DNA of 64,000 bases from an uncultured Spirochaetota bacterium (GTDB taxonomy: Bacteria > Spirochaetota > Brevinematia > Brevinematales > JAOACQ01). Location of the stretch: NCBI GenBank assembly GCA_963768055.1, contig CAVYGN010000001.1:736001-800000 (forward strand), given 5' to 3'. Shown here piece after piece: positions 1 through 9,810 of this stretch (within the stretch, counting starts at the first letter, position 1; every line of letters starts with the position of its first letter). The translations under genes and the position numbers were made by a program. The notes under the pieces are model-generated. The model saw only the letters and a list, made by a program, of their open reading frames with translations. It had not been told where the DNA came from and searched no databases.

Positions 1-1
1 T

Positions 2-733
2 TACACTCGGCCTTGAAAACGACGGCATAACCTGTAACCTCTGCAAGGTCGCTAACATCGTAGCCCCTTTCATAGGAGAACCATTATCAGAATGTAAATA
101 CAAGCCTTTCAAATCAATGGTTTCTCCGATCTCTGCCACCATTCTTGCGGCATGATCAGAGCTTTCCTCCTCGTGCATTTTCCAGCCGACTATCTTACGG
201 CTCCAGACATCTTCGATCATATAGAGGTAGAAATACTTACCTTTTATATGACTGGATATATATGTAATATCCCAACTCCATACCTGATTAGGACCCGTCG
301 CTTCCAGTTCTCTTGGCGTTTTCCTTGCCGTTTTCGGCTTCGTTTCGTATCTATGGTGCAGCAAATCATTGTCCTTTAAAACGCGGTAAAAAGATGATTC
401 TGATGCTATATACCGACCTTCCTCTGCCAGCATGGGCACTATTTCATTCGGCGTCATATCTCTAAATCTCTCGCTGCAACAGCAGGAGATGATCTCCTCC
501 CTTTCTTCGGCCGACAGGGCATTTGAAGGCATTACATTTCTCAATTTTCTTCTGTCTCCCTCAAGATTTTTATTCCAGCGCTGTATGGTCCTTATATCAT
601 AGCCAGATTCTTCACAAGCCTTATCCCTGCTGGCCCCTGTCGTAACAGCCTCATTAATCAAGGCACAGATATCTATGCGTATATCCAATGGAGTTAATCT
701 TCCTCGATCCCGAACAGCTTGTTCAGTTTTTTT
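2..733 (-). CDS. IS3-family transposase OrfB (DDE/rve core), partial, reached by -1 frameshift; absent from the ORF track
   Basis: My translation is open from 733 to the window edge: ...YIASESSFYRVL...GPNQVWSWDITY...DVWSRKIVGW...LHSDNGSPMKGATMLATLQRLQVMPSFSRPSV. Confidence 0.9.
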
Positions 734-1176
734 TTAAGCACCAGCAGAGAAGTAACCTCGGCTATAGTTTTATCCTTACGGTTAATTTCTTTTTCTAACT
801 CTATGATTTTTGCTTTCAAACCCTTGTTTTCTTCTCTGTATGAGTTATTAGATATCACTGATAAACACTCCTGTTTCCAGAGTTCGATATGAGTCGACTG
901 GAGACCATTTTTTCTCAACCACTGTCCTAACTCTTCTCCCGATTGGCTTGCTGCGTCTACTACCGCCTGATATTTATCAGATAATTTCCAGCCTCTCGGG
1001 CTTCTATCCTGGAATCCTCTGGATACATTATTCTGGATCATTTTCCTCCAGTTGTAAAGGGTTTGTTCACATACTCCTATTTCCTGGCTCAGTTCAGATA
1101 CTGTTTTTCCTCCTGGCATACACATCTTTTGAACGATAGATTTCCTGAATTCCTCTGAACGAATTTGACTATTCAT
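694..1176 (-). CDS. IS3-family transposase OrfA (HTH plus coiled coil)
   Basis: SEEFRKSIVQKM...TVSELSQEIGVCEQTLYNWRK HTH. Ends LLVLKKK over an A9 run. Confidence 0.9.
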   Translation of the reverse strand: MNSQIRSEEFRKSIVQKMCMPGGKTVSELSQEIGVCEQTLYNWRKMIQNNVSRGFQDRSPRGWKLSDKYQAVVDAASQSGEELGQWLRKNGLQSTHIELWKQECLSVISNNSYREENKGLKAKIIELEKEINRKDKTIAEVTSLLVLKKKLNKLFGIEED

Positions 1177-1219
1177 TTTTTGTCTCCTAATATTTTAGGC
1201 GACAACTATCCTAACACAC

Positions 1220-1327
1220 GGGGAAAGAGGGAATGAAAATCTTGAAAAGCTAATAGATAGAAGGATTAACCATACTATTGAGCATATTGAGTATATTAAA
1301 AGGAATAAAACATTGTTCAGAAAATAA
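1220..1327 (+). pseudogene. 3' remnant of a DinB/YfiT-like gene cut by the IS
   Basis: Open frame from the IS end: GERGNENLEKLIDRRINHTIEHIEYIKRNKTLFRK*. HxxEH in the last helix resembles DinB-family C-termini. Confidence 0.5.
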
Positions 1328-1401
1328 ACAGGTTGAGCTCTTCCGTTCCTCTGTTTTGCCTATGAGGATGGGGGGTGAAGGAATGATTCAAGAGGTGGTA
1401 A

Positions 1402-1860
1402 ATGGTGTATCAAATAATCAATATGAAAAATTATTCAGGCGGACTTGTTGAAGGCATAAAATATTATCATAGTAAATGGGGTAATCATAGTAACTATAGT
1501 TTCTTTTTTGATGCGATTTCTCATTCAACAAACTCTAAATATGGTCTACCAAGGTTTTATTTATTAATCAAAAATGATAAAATTATTGGCTGCTGCGGTT
1601 TAATTATTAATGATTTTATCAGTCGTCATGATTTGTATCCTTGGCTTGCAGGCGTTTTCATAGAAGAAAATGAAAGAGGTCAGGGTTTAGGGAACATTAT
1701 TATAAAACATACTGAAAACGAAGCAAAAAATGCCGGATATTCAACGATTTACCTTACTACTAAACTTGATGGTTATTATGAGAAATATGGTTGGAAAAGA
1801 ACTGATGATGGGTATTATCTATCAGGTGAAATAACAAGAATATATATGAAGGAATTATAA
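1402..1860 (+). CDS. GNAT family N-acetyltransferase
   Basis: PWLAGVFIEENERGQGLG acetyl-CoA motif; GYYEKYGW. Confidence 0.9.
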   Translation: MVYQIINMKNYSGGLVEGIKYYHSKWGNHSNYSFFFDAISHSTNSKYGLPRFYLLIKNDKIIGCCGLIINDFISRHDLYPWLAGVFIEENERGQGLGNIIIKHTENEAKNAGYSTIYLTTKLDGYYEKYGWKRTDDGYYLSGEITRIYMKEL

Positions 1861-1961
1861 ATAATATTCTTCCTTTCCCTTGCTTCCCTTCCCATTTTCC
1901 AGCATTGCCAGACAAATGAATTATTGATAAATCAATGGGACGGGATTAGAATTAATGGAGG

Positions 1962-2438
1962 TTGCAGATGGTTATAACTGTATTGTATTTTATTGGCTTA
2001 ATATTTGGGATAATTGCTGTTAAAATTACAGGAGGACATATAACGACTCAAGGTATTGCAACTATAATGTTGCAATATTTTTTTCTTATTAGTGTAGGGT
2101 TAACATCAGTAATAGCATTTTTTGGACATGTTTTTAGTGGAGAAACTTCAGCAAAACTCCTTGGCTGGCAGTCTAATAATCCGTTTCAAAAGGAAGTGGG
2201 GTTTTGGGATTTAGCAGGAGGAGTTGGGGCTATTTTATGTTTTTGGATACATGGTGAATTTTGGTTAGCAATAATAATAATTACTACAATATTTTGGACA
2301 CTTGCCGGGGTATTACATTTACAACATGTATTCAGAAATAAAAATTATCATATAGATAATTTGCTTCCATCAATTATGGATTTTATTATTCCAGCGACGC
2401 TTATTATTCTTTACATATTCAGTGGACCTATTGTGTAA
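1962..2438 (+). CDS. Hypothetical membrane protein (4-5 TM)
   Basis: Hydrophobic ORF with LGWQSNNPFQKEVGFWDLA; GGAGG next to the start. Confidence 0.7.
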   Translation: MQMVITVLYFIGLIFGIIAVKITGGHITTQGIATIMLQYFFLISVGLTSVIAFFGHVFSGETSAKLLGWQSNNPFQKEVGFWDLAGGVGAILCFWIHGEFWLAIIIITTIFWTLAGVLHLQHVFRNKNYHIDNLLPSIMDFIIPATLIILYIFSGPIV

Positions 2439-2745
2439 AGGATAGTTGTCGTCTTCCGTTCCCCTGCGCCTGCTATGAGGGCAGCCTGTTCGGCTGTTTC
2501 GGGTCTGCGTTCGAGTTGCCTTCTTCGTTTGAAGAGGAAGGCAACTCTCACTTGACCATTTCACGTTGATTACATTTTGGGTATATTATTCCTTACTTTC
2601 TTGCTTTTGGTATATATTTGCTAAATAAAGCCAAGGAAGGGATTATGAAGATCATGACCAAATGATCGCCGATTTATTCAGGACCGTAATGGGATCGATT
2701 TGTGCATAAAGAATCTGACTGTTGCCTTATTGGAAAAGAGATTTA

Positions 2746-3477
2746 CTATCTGTTTTCAATATTTTTTAATATTACTATATTTGTACTTTTATTATCTTCA
2801 GGACCTTCATATTTTACAAATAAATTGTCCTTCGATCTGTACCAGTAATAATATTTGTAGGGCCAGAATGAAGATTCCATTGCGCCGTTAAGGCCCAGTT
2901 CATATTTTATAGTATTCTCTTTTTTTCCCAGAATATCCAATACTTCCTCGCCGATTTCTTTTAAATACATTCCCACAATTCTGTTATTCATTGACAGCAG
3001 CAAATTGAAATTAAAGACTGTGCCGGTATTGGGAAGGTAGTGTGAAAATTGGAAACCTAAGGTATTGTTCTGATCCAATAAATTTGTTCTCATATCGTAT
3101 TGAACATTATATATTCCGGAAAGCTTAATTTTATTGGATTCAGGATTGTAAGAAACTTCCAGTATCCTTTCCCCGTTTGAATTATATGTCGTTTGTTTGT
3201 CCAATCTGAAATCAGGGTAATAAGAGATTTTTTCCATTTTATTATCTTGATTTAATACCGTAAAGTTGATCTCTTTATTTTTATTGGTTTCGATCAAATA
3301 ATAAATATATTTTTCACTATTATTGATAAACGACGAATACTTCAGCAATAAATCTTTACCCCATGAAGAGCTAACGATAAAACATAAAGCGGTTAAAGCC
3401 CCTATAATATACTTAACTTTGTGAATTATAAAATTCCCCCTGTTTACCATTACATTGGTCAAAAGCTGTTTTTTCAT
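2746..3477 (-). CDS. Hypothetical exported protein, beta-rich, possibly DUF3108-like
   Basis: N-terminal hydrophobic segment; C-terminal GEEVLDILG...TIKYEL...YYWYR...VKYEGP pattern. Confidence 0.6.
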   Translation of the reverse strand: MKKQLLTNVMVNRGNFIIHKVKYIIGALTALCFIVSSSWGKDLLLKYSSFINNSEKYIYYLIETNKNKEINFTVLNQDNKMEKISYYPDFRLDKQTTYNSNGERILEVSYNPESNKIKLSGIYNVQYDMRTNLLDQNNTLGFQFSHYLPNTGTVFNFNLLLSMNNRIVGMYLKEIGEEVLDILGKKENTIKYELGLNGAMESSFWPYKYYYWYRSKDNLFVKYEGPEDNKSTNIVILKNIENR

Positions 3478-3655
3478 AATATTAAGGCAACTTAATGATA
3501 AAAGGTTGCCGTTTTATAAAAATTGTTTTGCCTGTCATTGCAGGCAATATATTTGACGAATTATATGCATTGAATTATGATAAATCAAATTAAGGGTATA
3601 GTCAAATTGTAGCCGTTTTACAAGGTTCCGGGATAAAGTCTTAGAGGATTGATGA

Positions 3656-5962
3656 ATGGAGAATAACACGCCGGCACAATCCGACAAAACCCATGCCATA
3701 CTTACCGGCATTTCCGTTTTCCTAGTGTCTTTCGCTTCTCTTTTTTTCGAGATAACATTTCCCCGCATTCTGCTTTTTATACGGTACTACAATGCCATTA
3801 CTATTATTCCTGCGGCCATGCTCGGCATGGGGGCAGGCGCGGTATTTTCCTATCTCATGGGCAAAAGCCGGATAGCGCATTTTATTTTCCTTCTCATTTT
3901 CCCTTTTTCGGTTTTCCTCTCTTTTTATGTCCTGATCTTTTACGATAAGCAAATATATATCATATTATCAGCCTCATTCGTGTTTTTTATTTCAAGCGTT
4001 ATTATTACTTATTTTTTTATCATCGGCCGTTCAAACAGGATTTATTTTTACAGCCTGGCCGGCGCGGGTCTCGGAGTGGCGGTATCGTTTTTTATCTTTC
4101 CAATGATCGGCGGGGAGAACAGCATCATCCTCAGCGCAGTTATAGCTTCATTATCCGGGGTAACGGCATGCTTAAGCAAAATCTCTTTCCCGAGATTCCG
4201 CTTCATAGCAGCAGGATTTCAGATACTGATTTTTGCAATTATTGCATCGGTATTTGCTTATAATCTCTCTACGGACAGGATCGATATCATCAGCATGATG
4301 CCGCTTTCCGCCAAAGGCGACCAGGATCCCCTCCTCACGGCTCATGGCATCCTCAAGGATAAAACCAGCGTCCATCTTTATAAAAAATGGAGCCTTATTT
4401 CGCGTATAGACGCCGTCTCGACTTCAAAAAAACTTTGGGACAGCCCGTACAATGGAAGAAGGGTTTATCTTTATCAAAACGATTTATACTTTAGTTATGT
4501 CCCGGTTTCGGACATTGCGCATTTCAGGCAGCCCGCCTATATTTTGTTCAAGGAACCCAAGTCATTGATCATGGGTACCGGCGGAGGGGCAGATATCGCT
4601 GTAGCCCGTGGAAATAATAGCAAAAGACCTGTAGGCGTAGAGATCGATCCCGCCATTGTGGATATTATGCGCAAGGAACTCAGCAAAACAAGCTCTAATG
4701 TATACGGCCAGGCGGATATCAGCGTCATCGACGGCCGGGCATTTGTCAAAAATTACAGGAACGCCTATGATGTAATCCTTATGAATTTCACCGATCTTAA
4801 TATCGCGTTCCCTAATTCGCAGGTCTTTATGGAATATTATCTCTATACTGTTGAAGCGCTCCGTGATTATCTTGCCGCGCTGACCGATAACGGAGTTGTT
4901 TATATAAATAAATGGGTGTCTGTCGGCAGGGGAAGGAAGCCCGAACTCCTCCGGCTTACCGCTACAGCGCTGGAAGCTCTTGAAAAATCAGGCTGTAAAG
5001 ATCCCCAAAAGCATCTTTTTATTGCATCCGAAAATCCTAAGAAATCTCTTGTATTCCCGGGTGCGATAAGAGGCTTTCTCCTTATGAAAAAATCGCCGTT
5101 CACGGCCGCCCAGATCGCGGAATTAAAGCAATGCATCGAGAATACGCATACAGTGCTTTATCCGGCGAGTGAATTCATTGAAAACAATTCATTTTCGTAC
5201 CTGATCGATTCAAAAAACAGGGATAATATTATAAATGAATTCAGGAACGATATTCATCCCACCCATGACGATAAACCTTACTTTAATGAATTCGATAAAA
5301 AACACACTTTCGCAGGAAATGTGGCAAAGGATTTCATTAATCTGATGCTGCTTTTAATCTGCCTTCCGGTTTTGCTTATCATTTTTATTGACAGAAACCT
5401 CAGGAAAATAAAAACCCCGCTCTTTGCCCTGTTTTTCGCATGCACCGGCCTCTCTTTTATGTTTTTTGAAACATTCCTTATCCAGAAATTCAATCTTGTG
5501 CTTGGAAGTCCCATTTACTCGCTGACTTTTAATGTCGGTGCGATACTTCTTTCGGCCGGTATCGGCGGATATTACAGCGCAAAGTTTAACAAAAAAATTT
5601 CAATGATTCTTGTAGCGCTGATCCCTTTTGTGCTTTTCGCTTATTATTTCCTGATAAACGGTTTCGCTTATAATTTACTGAACCTTCCCCTGGCGCTGAG
5701 ATTGCTGCTGTCCGGTATATCTCTGTTCCCGGTATTTTTCCTGCTCGGGATCCCTTTCCCGGGCATTATCGCAAAAGCAAAAGAGGTCTTTAGCGACAGA
5801 TCTGTCGGTATAATGTATGCTGTCGATGCAAGCTTTTCGACTTTCGCCGTCGTTTCTTCCATTATTATTTCAATGATCTTCGGATTTTCATCTCTGCTGA
5901 TTTTATCGGCGATCGTTTACTCTTTAACGGCGATATTATACATTATTATAAAAGAAGTGTAA
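3656..5962 (+). CDS. Membrane-embedded spermidine-synthase-like class I SAM-binding protein
   Basis: TM blocks at both ends flank a central IMGTGGGADI..VEIDP..IDGRAFV..YDVI Rossmann motif set. Confidence 0.8.
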   Translation: MENNTPAQSDKTHAILTGISVFLVSFASLFFEITFPRILLFIRYYNAITIIPAAMLGMGAGAVFSYLMGKSRIAHFIFLLIFPFSVFLSFYVLIFYDKQIYIILSASFVFFISSVIITYFFIIGRSNRIYFYSLAGAGLGVAVSFFIFPMIGGENSIILSAVIASLSGVTACLSKISFPRFRFIAAGFQILIFAIIASVFAYNLSTDRIDIISMMPLSAKGDQDPLLTAHGILKDKTSVHLYKKWSLISRIDAVSTSKKLWDSPYNGRRVYLYQNDLYFSYVPVSDIAHFRQPAYILFKEPKSLIMGTGGGADIAVARGNNSKRPVGVEIDPAIVDIMRKELSKTSSNVYGQADISVIDGRAFVKNYRNAYDVILMNFTDLNIAFPNSQVFMEYYLYTVEALRDYLAALTDNGVVYINKWVSVGRGRKPELLRLTATALEALEKSGCKDPQKHLFIASENPKKSLVFPGAIRGFLLMKKSPFTAAQIAELKQCIENTHTVLYPASEFIENNSFSYLIDSKNRDNIINEFRNDIHPTHDDKPYFNEFDKKHTFAGNVAKDFINLMLLLICLPVLLIIFIDRNLRKIKTPLFALFFACTGLSFMFFETFLIQKFNLVLGSPIYSLTFNVGAILLSAGIGGYYSAKFNKKISMILVALIPFVLFAYYFLINGFAYNLLNLPLALRLLLSGISLFPVFFLLGIPFPGIIAKAKEVFSDRSVGIMYAVDASFSTFAVVSSIIISMIFGFSSLLILSAIVYSLTAILYIIIKEV

Positions 5963-6065
5963 TCGGACAATTTCTTTATTTTGAGCTTGCCGGCTAGAAA
6001 ACGTTCATGCTTCAACCTTATCAGGAAATAACCCAAAACCCGGTCGTATTTTAATCTTGAATCCA

Positions 6066-6093
6066 TTGACAAAAATTCTAAATTTATTAGAAT
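6066..6093 (+). promoter_or_regulatory. Putative sigma70 promoter
   Basis: TTGACA-16 nt-TAGAAT about 65 nt upstream of 6157. Confidence 0.55.
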
Positions 6094-6156
6094 ATTCAAG
6101 GAATATCGGACTATTTTTCCGGGTATTTCTTATTAGATCAACGAAGGATAATTCAC

Positions 6157-6723
6157 ATGATTGAAATTAAAGGTTCGGTCATCAATGACGCTATAATTGC
6201 AATTAAGAAAAGAAGCGGAGATAAAATTTATAATAAAATTATCAGCCTCTTAGATGAACAATCAAAAAAGTTGTTTACGAGCGAGATATTTGCGTCAGAA
6301 TGGTTCCCATTGGATTCCTTTATAAAATTTCTTGAACTGGATATAAAATTATCCATAAATGGCAATGAAAAGGTTTTAGAATTTCGAGCGGAGGATTTAA
6401 TTGAAAAACAATTAAACGGCATTTATAAATCCTTTGTTAAATACGGATCTCCGGAATTTGTTATAGATAATTGTATTTCGGTTATGCATAAAAGTTATTT
6501 CAATGGCGTCTCGATTGAAAAGAAAATGGAAGGATTGAATAAAGCAAGAATTAAATATATTGGTTTTGAAAAACGGCATAGGCTTATTGAATATTGCATT
6601 ATCGGTTTTTATAAAAAGGCTTTAAAAGTATCAAGGGCAAAAAATATTCGGGCTGAATTTATAACTTCAATAGAAGAAAACAAGGGTTATTGCGAACTTG
6701 AAATTTCATGGATTGGGAAATAA
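6157..6723 (+). CDS. Hypothetical protein, H-NOX/V4R-like (DUF2378-like) fold suspected
   Basis: IKGSVI...IFASEWFP...IIGF...CELEISW pattern; AAGGA RBS. Confidence 0.55.
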   Translation: MIEIKGSVINDAIIAIKKRSGDKIYNKIISLLDEQSKKLFTSEIFASEWFPLDSFIKFLELDIKLSINGNEKVLEFRAEDLIEKQLNGIYKSFVKYGSPEFVIDNCISVMHKSYFNGVSIEKKMEGLNKARIKYIGFEKRHRLIEYCIIGFYKKALKVSRAKNIRAEFITSIEENKGYCELEISWIGK

Positions 6724-6750
6724 TAAATTTTCAATCCGGCAGGCGGAGTT

Positions 6751-8010
6751 TTAGGGCTCATTCAAAATATCCTCAAGTTCATTATGTTTGATAAGCTTTT
6801 TTTCAATATTCGGCAGGAAAACTGCAAGGATCCCTATTAACGGAAGGAAAGCGCACAACCGGTAAACAAAGTCGACGCTTGTCCTGTCAGCTACTACGCC
6901 AAGTACAGCGGAACCTATTCCGGCTATGCCGAACGCCAGGCCGAAGAAAAGACCGGATATAAGCCCTACCTTGCCGGGAATAAGCTCATGTGCAAAGACA
7001 AGTATGGCTGAAAAGGCTGATGAAAGTATCAATCCTATGCAAACTGTCAATAATGTTGTACCGACAAGCCCGGCATAAGGCAAAATCAGGGTAAAAGGAG
7101 CTACCCCCAGTATTGAGAACCATATAACATACTTACGACCTATCCTGTCTCCGACAGGTCCTCCAAGCAGGGTGCCCGCCGCAACTGCAGCCTGGAATAT
7201 GAAAAGATGCAATTGAGCGTTCTTAATGGTAAGGCCGAATTTGCTTATCAGGTAAAACATGTAAAAATTGTTAATGCTTGAAAGGTAAAAATACTTTGAA
7301 AAGATAAGGAAAATTAAAATGGTCATCGAGAAAACAACTGTCCTGCCTGAAACAGGCGGTTTAAGCAGCGCCGGTTTGTTTTTATTTTTATAATGAATTT
7401 CTTTTAATCTGGCGTTATACCAGCGTCCGACCCGGATCAGTATGATGATGCCAGATAAAGCTAGAATTGCAAACCATGCGATGTTTGATCTTTGATTATT
7501 TACAATAACTAAAGCAGCGAGAAGAGGGCCGAAAGAAGCCCCTGCATTTCCGCCTACCTGGAAAAAAGACTGGGCGAATCCCTTGCGGCCCCCGGAAGCC
7601 ATCTGGGCAATCCTTGAAGACTCGGGATGAAAGATTGAAGATCCGGCGCCGACCATTGCGACTGAAAACAAAAGAAAACCAAAGCTGCCCGCATAAGAAA
7701 GCATTATTAAACCGATTAAAGTGAAGCACATGCCGGCTGCCAATATATAAAGCTTGGGCCTTTTATCGGAATAAGCCCCTACAAGCGGCTGTAAAATTGA
7801 TGCGGTTAGCTGGTAAACAAATGTGATAAGGCCGATCTGCACATAGTTAAGCCTGAAAGACAGCTTTAAAATCGGATATGTGGCCAGGATAAGAGACTGA
7901 ATTGAGTCATTTAAAAAGTGGCATATGCATATTGCAACAAGGACAGTCATTATGGTTTTTTCGGCGGTAATTTTTAACCGGTGACCGTTATTAACTTTTT
8001 CAAGGTTCAT
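6751..8010 (-). CDS. fsr: MFS transporter, fosmidomycin-resistance (Fsr) family
   Basis: CHFLNDSIQS, QLTASILQP, SSIFHPESSR, AQSFFQVGGNAG, GGPVGDRIGRK. Confidence 0.85.
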   Translation of the reverse strand: MNLEKVNNGHRLKITAEKTIMTVLVAICICHFLNDSIQSLILATYPILKLSFRLNYVQIGLITFVYQLTASILQPLVGAYSDKRPKLYILAAGMCFTLIGLIMLSYAGSFGFLLFSVAMVGAGSSIFHPESSRIAQMASGGRKGFAQSFFQVGGNAGASFGPLLAALVIVNNQRSNIAWFAILALSGIIILIRVGRWYNARLKEIHYKNKNKPALLKPPVSGRTVVFSMTILIFLIFSKYFYLSSINNFYMFYLISKFGLTIKNAQLHLFIFQAAVAAGTLLGGPVGDRIGRKYVIWFSILGVAPFTLILPYAGLVGTTLLTVCIGLILSSAFSAILVFAHELIPGKVGLISGLFFGLAFGIAGIGSAVLGVVADRTSVDFVYRLCAFLPLIGILAVFLPNIEKKLIKHNELEDILNEP

Positions 8011-8302
8011 GAAAAGTATGATTCCTATTTAACAACGGTTGCAAAAACCGCCTGTTTTATATATTTATTATAAAACAATGTTAAATATAATTCAAAATTA
8101 ACCCTGCAGGTGTTTAGATGTCAAAACCGATTATCAGTTTCGGTCTTTGAGCGATAGTGATGTCTGGATAAGCAATATCTTGTTGGAAGGAGGTGATTAT
8201 TTATCGAAATTGGGGCTGTGGCGGAAATATTATGTTTGATTTTATATCCATTATTCATTAATTTTAAATTGTTCGAAATATTGATAAAGGGGAGGGAGAA
8301 AT

Positions 8303-8860
8303 ATGTCAAAAAAAAGTATCGCAGTTATAGTCGGCAGCCTTCGTAAAGAGTCTTTTAATTTAAAGATGGCAAAGGCTATGATTGATATCGCACCGGCCTC
8401 TTACCCTATGGAATTGGTCGATATCGGCCGGCTTGCTTTGTATAACCAGGACCTTGAAGACAATCCTCTGGCCCAGTGGACGGAATTCAGGGAAACGATG
8501 AAGAGGTTCGATGCCGTCCTATTTGTAACTCCCGAATATAACAGGTCTATTCCCGGGCCGCTTAAAAATGCTATCGATGTAGGTTCGAGGCCCTACGGCA
8601 AGAGCATATGGAACGGCCTGCCCGCTGCTGTAGTAAGCGTATCTCCGGGCCAGCTGGGTGCTTTCGGAGCGAACCACATCCTGAGGCAGTCGCTTGTTTT
8701 TCTGAATATGCCTGCGATGCCTGCACCGGAGGCTTACATCTCGAACGCATCGCAGCTTTTCGGCCCCGATGGTTCCTTGACTAATCCCGGGACTGTTGAA
8801 TACATGACAAAGTTCATGAACGCTTTCCTGTTATGGATCGAGGCGAATGAAAAAAAATGA
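8303..8860 (+). CDS. NADPH-dependent FMN reductase (ChrR/YieF type)
   Basis: VGSLRKESFN, VTPEYNRSIPGPLKNAIDVGSRPYG, GAFGANHILRQ. Confidence 0.9.
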   Translation: MSKKSIAVIVGSLRKESFNLKMAKAMIDIAPASYPMELVDIGRLALYNQDLEDNPLAQWTEFRETMKRFDAVLFVTPEYNRSIPGPLKNAIDVGSRPYGKSIWNGLPAAVVSVSPGQLGAFGANHILRQSLVFLNMPAMPAPEAYISNASQLFGPDGSLTNPGTVEYMTKFMNAFLLWIEANEKK

Positions 8861-8960
8861 TTCAATGCCGATTCGCTATCAGTGAAATTTTGATAAAAGT
8901 TCCGATCGGGAATAGAATAAATGACGGTTATCGATTGCGCCGAGAAGAAGGGCTGCAAAT

Positions 8961-9548
8961 ATGTCCGTTGAAGATTGCTTAAAGTTATTCAATCTAAAAC
9001 CTGATGCAACTTTAAATGATGTCAAAAAAGCTTACAGGATCCTCGCTAAAAAAAATCATCCCGATAGGTTCGTAAATACCGAATTGAAAAATAGACAAGA
9101 AGACACGATGGTTAAAATAAATGAAGCGTATAATCAAATCATCTTGAATTTTAAAAAAAATAAAAATGTTTTAAATTTTGAAATAAAAAAGGATACCTTT
9201 AAAAATTCCGGAAATGAGGCTGCCGATTACAGGCTTTATAAAACGGGCCTTGAATATTATGACAGGTGTTACGAGGGTATTTCTAAAATGGCAAAACATG
9301 ATATAAAGGATAGGGAGGACAACCTTAATAAAGCTAAATCTTGCTTTATACAGGTCTTAAATGAATATCCCAATAGCGATTGGGCGTTCGACGCGGGAGA
9401 AAAATTAAAAAAAATTGAAAAGCTCATAGATAGTCTTGAAAAACAAAGGAATTATAATCGGGATACTCAGTGGTCTCCGCCAAAAAAAGATTCCGGATTT
9501 TATTCGCAAAAATTTAAAGATTTGTTTAAGGGCGGTTCCAAAAACTAG
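8961..9548 (+). CDS. J-domain protein with C-terminal TPR-like helices
   Basis: KKAYRILAKKNHPDRF...INEAY J-domain; F..VLNEYPNSDWAFDA TPR-like motif. Confidence 0.85.
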   Translation: MSVEDCLKLFNLKPDATLNDVKKAYRILAKKNHPDRFVNTELKNRQEDTMVKINEAYNQIILNFKKNKNVLNFEIKKDTFKNSGNEAADYRLYKTGLEYYDRCYEGISKMAKHDIKDREDNLNKAKSCFIQVLNEYPNSDWAFDAGEKLKKIEKLIDSLEKQRNYNRDTQWSPPKKDSGFYSQKFKDLFKGGSKN

Positions 9549-9684
9549 ATTTTTGAAAAACAATCGTAATGATGAATCTAATAATTCCGCCAAATGGTGC
9601 CCTGGTGCCTGGCCCCAGGACAGGGCCACTTGTCCCCGTAAGGGTTTATCCCCGTAAGGGGGGCAGTTATTAGAAGTGCCCTTA
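9526..9684. mobile_element. MITE-like element, copy 1
   Basis: Left end TTAAGGGCGGTTCCAAAAACT; right end AGTTATTAGAAGTGCCCTTAA (imperfect inverted repeats, TTAA at both borders); GC-rich hairpins inside. Confidence 0.65.
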
Positions 9685-9738
9685 AAAAATAAATAGATCT
9701 TTCTTGTTATTAACCATCCATTAAATGAGGTAAAATAT

Positions 9739-9767
9739 TTGACCTGAAAATCGTGAATGGATATACT
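9739..9767 (+). promoter_or_regulatory. Putative sigma70 promoter of the C1 peptidase gene
   Basis: TTGACC-17 nt-TATACT. Confidence 0.55.
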
Positions 9768-9810
9768 TAAGACCATAATGGCGGGTTTGTCGTAAAGGGG
9801 TAATAGCGTT

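Larger units (their letters stand above)
1..1216 (-). mobile_element. IS3-family insertion sequence, left part (runs off the window start)
   Basis: orfA (HTH) and orfB (integrase core) overlap in the -1 frame. The putative left end TGTTAGGATAGTTGTCG begins at about 1216 on the minus strand, 40 nt upstream of orfA. Confidence 0.9.

Noticed and set aside
152..379. 75-aa + strand ORF
   Set aside because: Antisense to IS orfB.
8187..8197. Perfect Shine-Dalgarno AAGGAGGTGAT suggesting a small toxin or leader peptide
   Set aside because: No ATG/GTG/TTG at a usable distance downstream.
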